DNA of 63,856 nt, counting the filler, from Basidiobolus ranarum (lineage: Eukaryota), in NCBI GenBank assembly GCA_040143965.1. It is 6 parts of 6 records of this genome, joined end to end, with 100 filler letters (N's around TTAATTAATTAA, not from the genome) between each part and the next. Parts side by side here need not be neighbours in the genome. Positions count along the whole stretch, not along the records: positions 53,326 to 63,856 come from JASJQH010007572.1; 5 more parts are not named here. One strand, given 5' to 3'. The notes under the pieces were generated by a model. The model saw nothing but the letters and a program-made list of their open reading frames with translations, did not search any database and was not told the DNA's origin. Shown here piece after piece: positions 63,041 through 63,856 of the stretch. The stretch's first letter is position 1. The number at the start of each line of letters is the position of its first letter. Made by a program: the position numbers and the translations under genes.

Positions 63041-63385
63041 ATGATTATCCCAGTTAGATGCTTCACATGTGGCAAGGTCATTGGCAACAAATGGGACAAC
63101 TACCTTAGTTTATTGCAATCGGATTATACCGAAGGGTAAATATATTTTCACATACTATTGCTCCATTATGGAATGTTGAGTAATTAATCCCTTTGTGTAG
63201 AGAGGCCATGGATGCTCTTGGTTTAAAAAGATACTGCTGCAGAAGAATGGTCCTTACTCATGTAGATCTCATTGAGAAGTTATTACACTACAATCGTAAG
63301 TTCGCCTCTTCTATGTTGAATTCATGCAAGTACACCTTTACTCACCTATTGGTTATTATCAGCACTTGAGCGTAGTCGCCGTTAA
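63041..63385 (+). CDS. RPB10: RNA polymerases I/II/III subunit RPABC5, 3 exons
   Basis: Absent from the ORF track. Spliced: [21 protein letters not shown]...[34 protein letters not shown]. Confidence 0.96.
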
Positions 63386-63744
63386 ATGGTTGGAGTTTTG
63401 TCGTTGCTATTCGACTCGATCCAAAATATACATTCACCAACACTTTAATTTCTCTTCAACATGCCTCTGTGACACACAGGTTTCACGGAATACACCTATA
63501 GAATAAAAATATCTAATATTATTTCATGTATGAGCAGCAAATGCTTCAAACGCGACTTTTATTGGTATTCATACACTTGACAATCCCGTATGGCTTGGGA
63601 TGTTTTCTTGCAACTGTAAGAGCATTTGCATGGATTCCACCAGAAATAGTGCATATAATATGAGTAGGATTCGTTACTTTCAAGAAATGGTTTAAAGTTG
63701 GTGTTGGCACTTTTTCGGTTTATTTTAATAGAAGTCGAGGACAA

Positions 63745-63840
63745 TTAAGCGATCAAAACCTTTAAAGTTTGTTCCAAGTCCCCAGCGTTATCACGTAGAT
63801 GTTTCTCAGCCACTTGCTTGGATAAATCGAACTCTTTCAT
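63745..63840 (-). CDS. HYPK: Terminal exon of a HYPK-like (UBA-type) protein; remainder is outside the window
   Basis: After a TTTTAG acceptor: MKEFDLSKQVAEKHLRDNAGDLEQTLKVLIA*, resembling the HYPK C-terminal UBA pattern. Confidence 0.65.
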   Translation of the reverse strand: MKEFDLSKQVAEKHLRDNAGDLEQTLKVLIA

Positions 63841-63856
63841 CTAAAATATCAAAGAA

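Overview
Eukaryotic, AT-rich DNA with short GT-AG introns. The gene content (class V myosin-chitin synthase, MedA, 7TM-RGS, UBE2S, a U12-type intron) points to an early-diverging fungus; a Zoopagomycota/Mucoromycota-like taxon such as Basidiobolus is an inference. The window is not one locus. It is six contigs of steadily decreasing length (10578, 10572, 10568, 10558, 10549, 10531 nt) joined by identical 100-nt N44-TTAATTAATTAA-N44 linkers, so adjacency across linkers is meaningless. About 25 genes are supported: a Dph6/PP-loop-like protein, DUF202, chitin synthase V, 7TM-RGS, MedA, a Whi3/Scw1-like RRM protein, TMA16, PHB1, a Cys-rich/TM/SH3 protein, an ABCG C-terminus, LSG1, RPL17, an HMG-box factor, a sugar porter, an AAA ATPase, ACP1, RPS19, UBE2S, HUB1, UTP17, RPB10, HYPK and a few hypotheticals. 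There is also a lipase pseudogene, a solo-LTR family (3 copies), a ~850-bp foldback and several tandem repeats. The most notable observations are a minor-spliceosome (U12-type) intron in HUB1, a prokaryote-like short Dph6 homologue carrying an intron, a CpG-decayed long inverted repeat, a 14-residue coiled-coil deletion in PHB1, and metazoan-like TCT/5'TOP starts on both ribosomal protein genes. I could not establish a wholly new multi-gene system from sequence alone.
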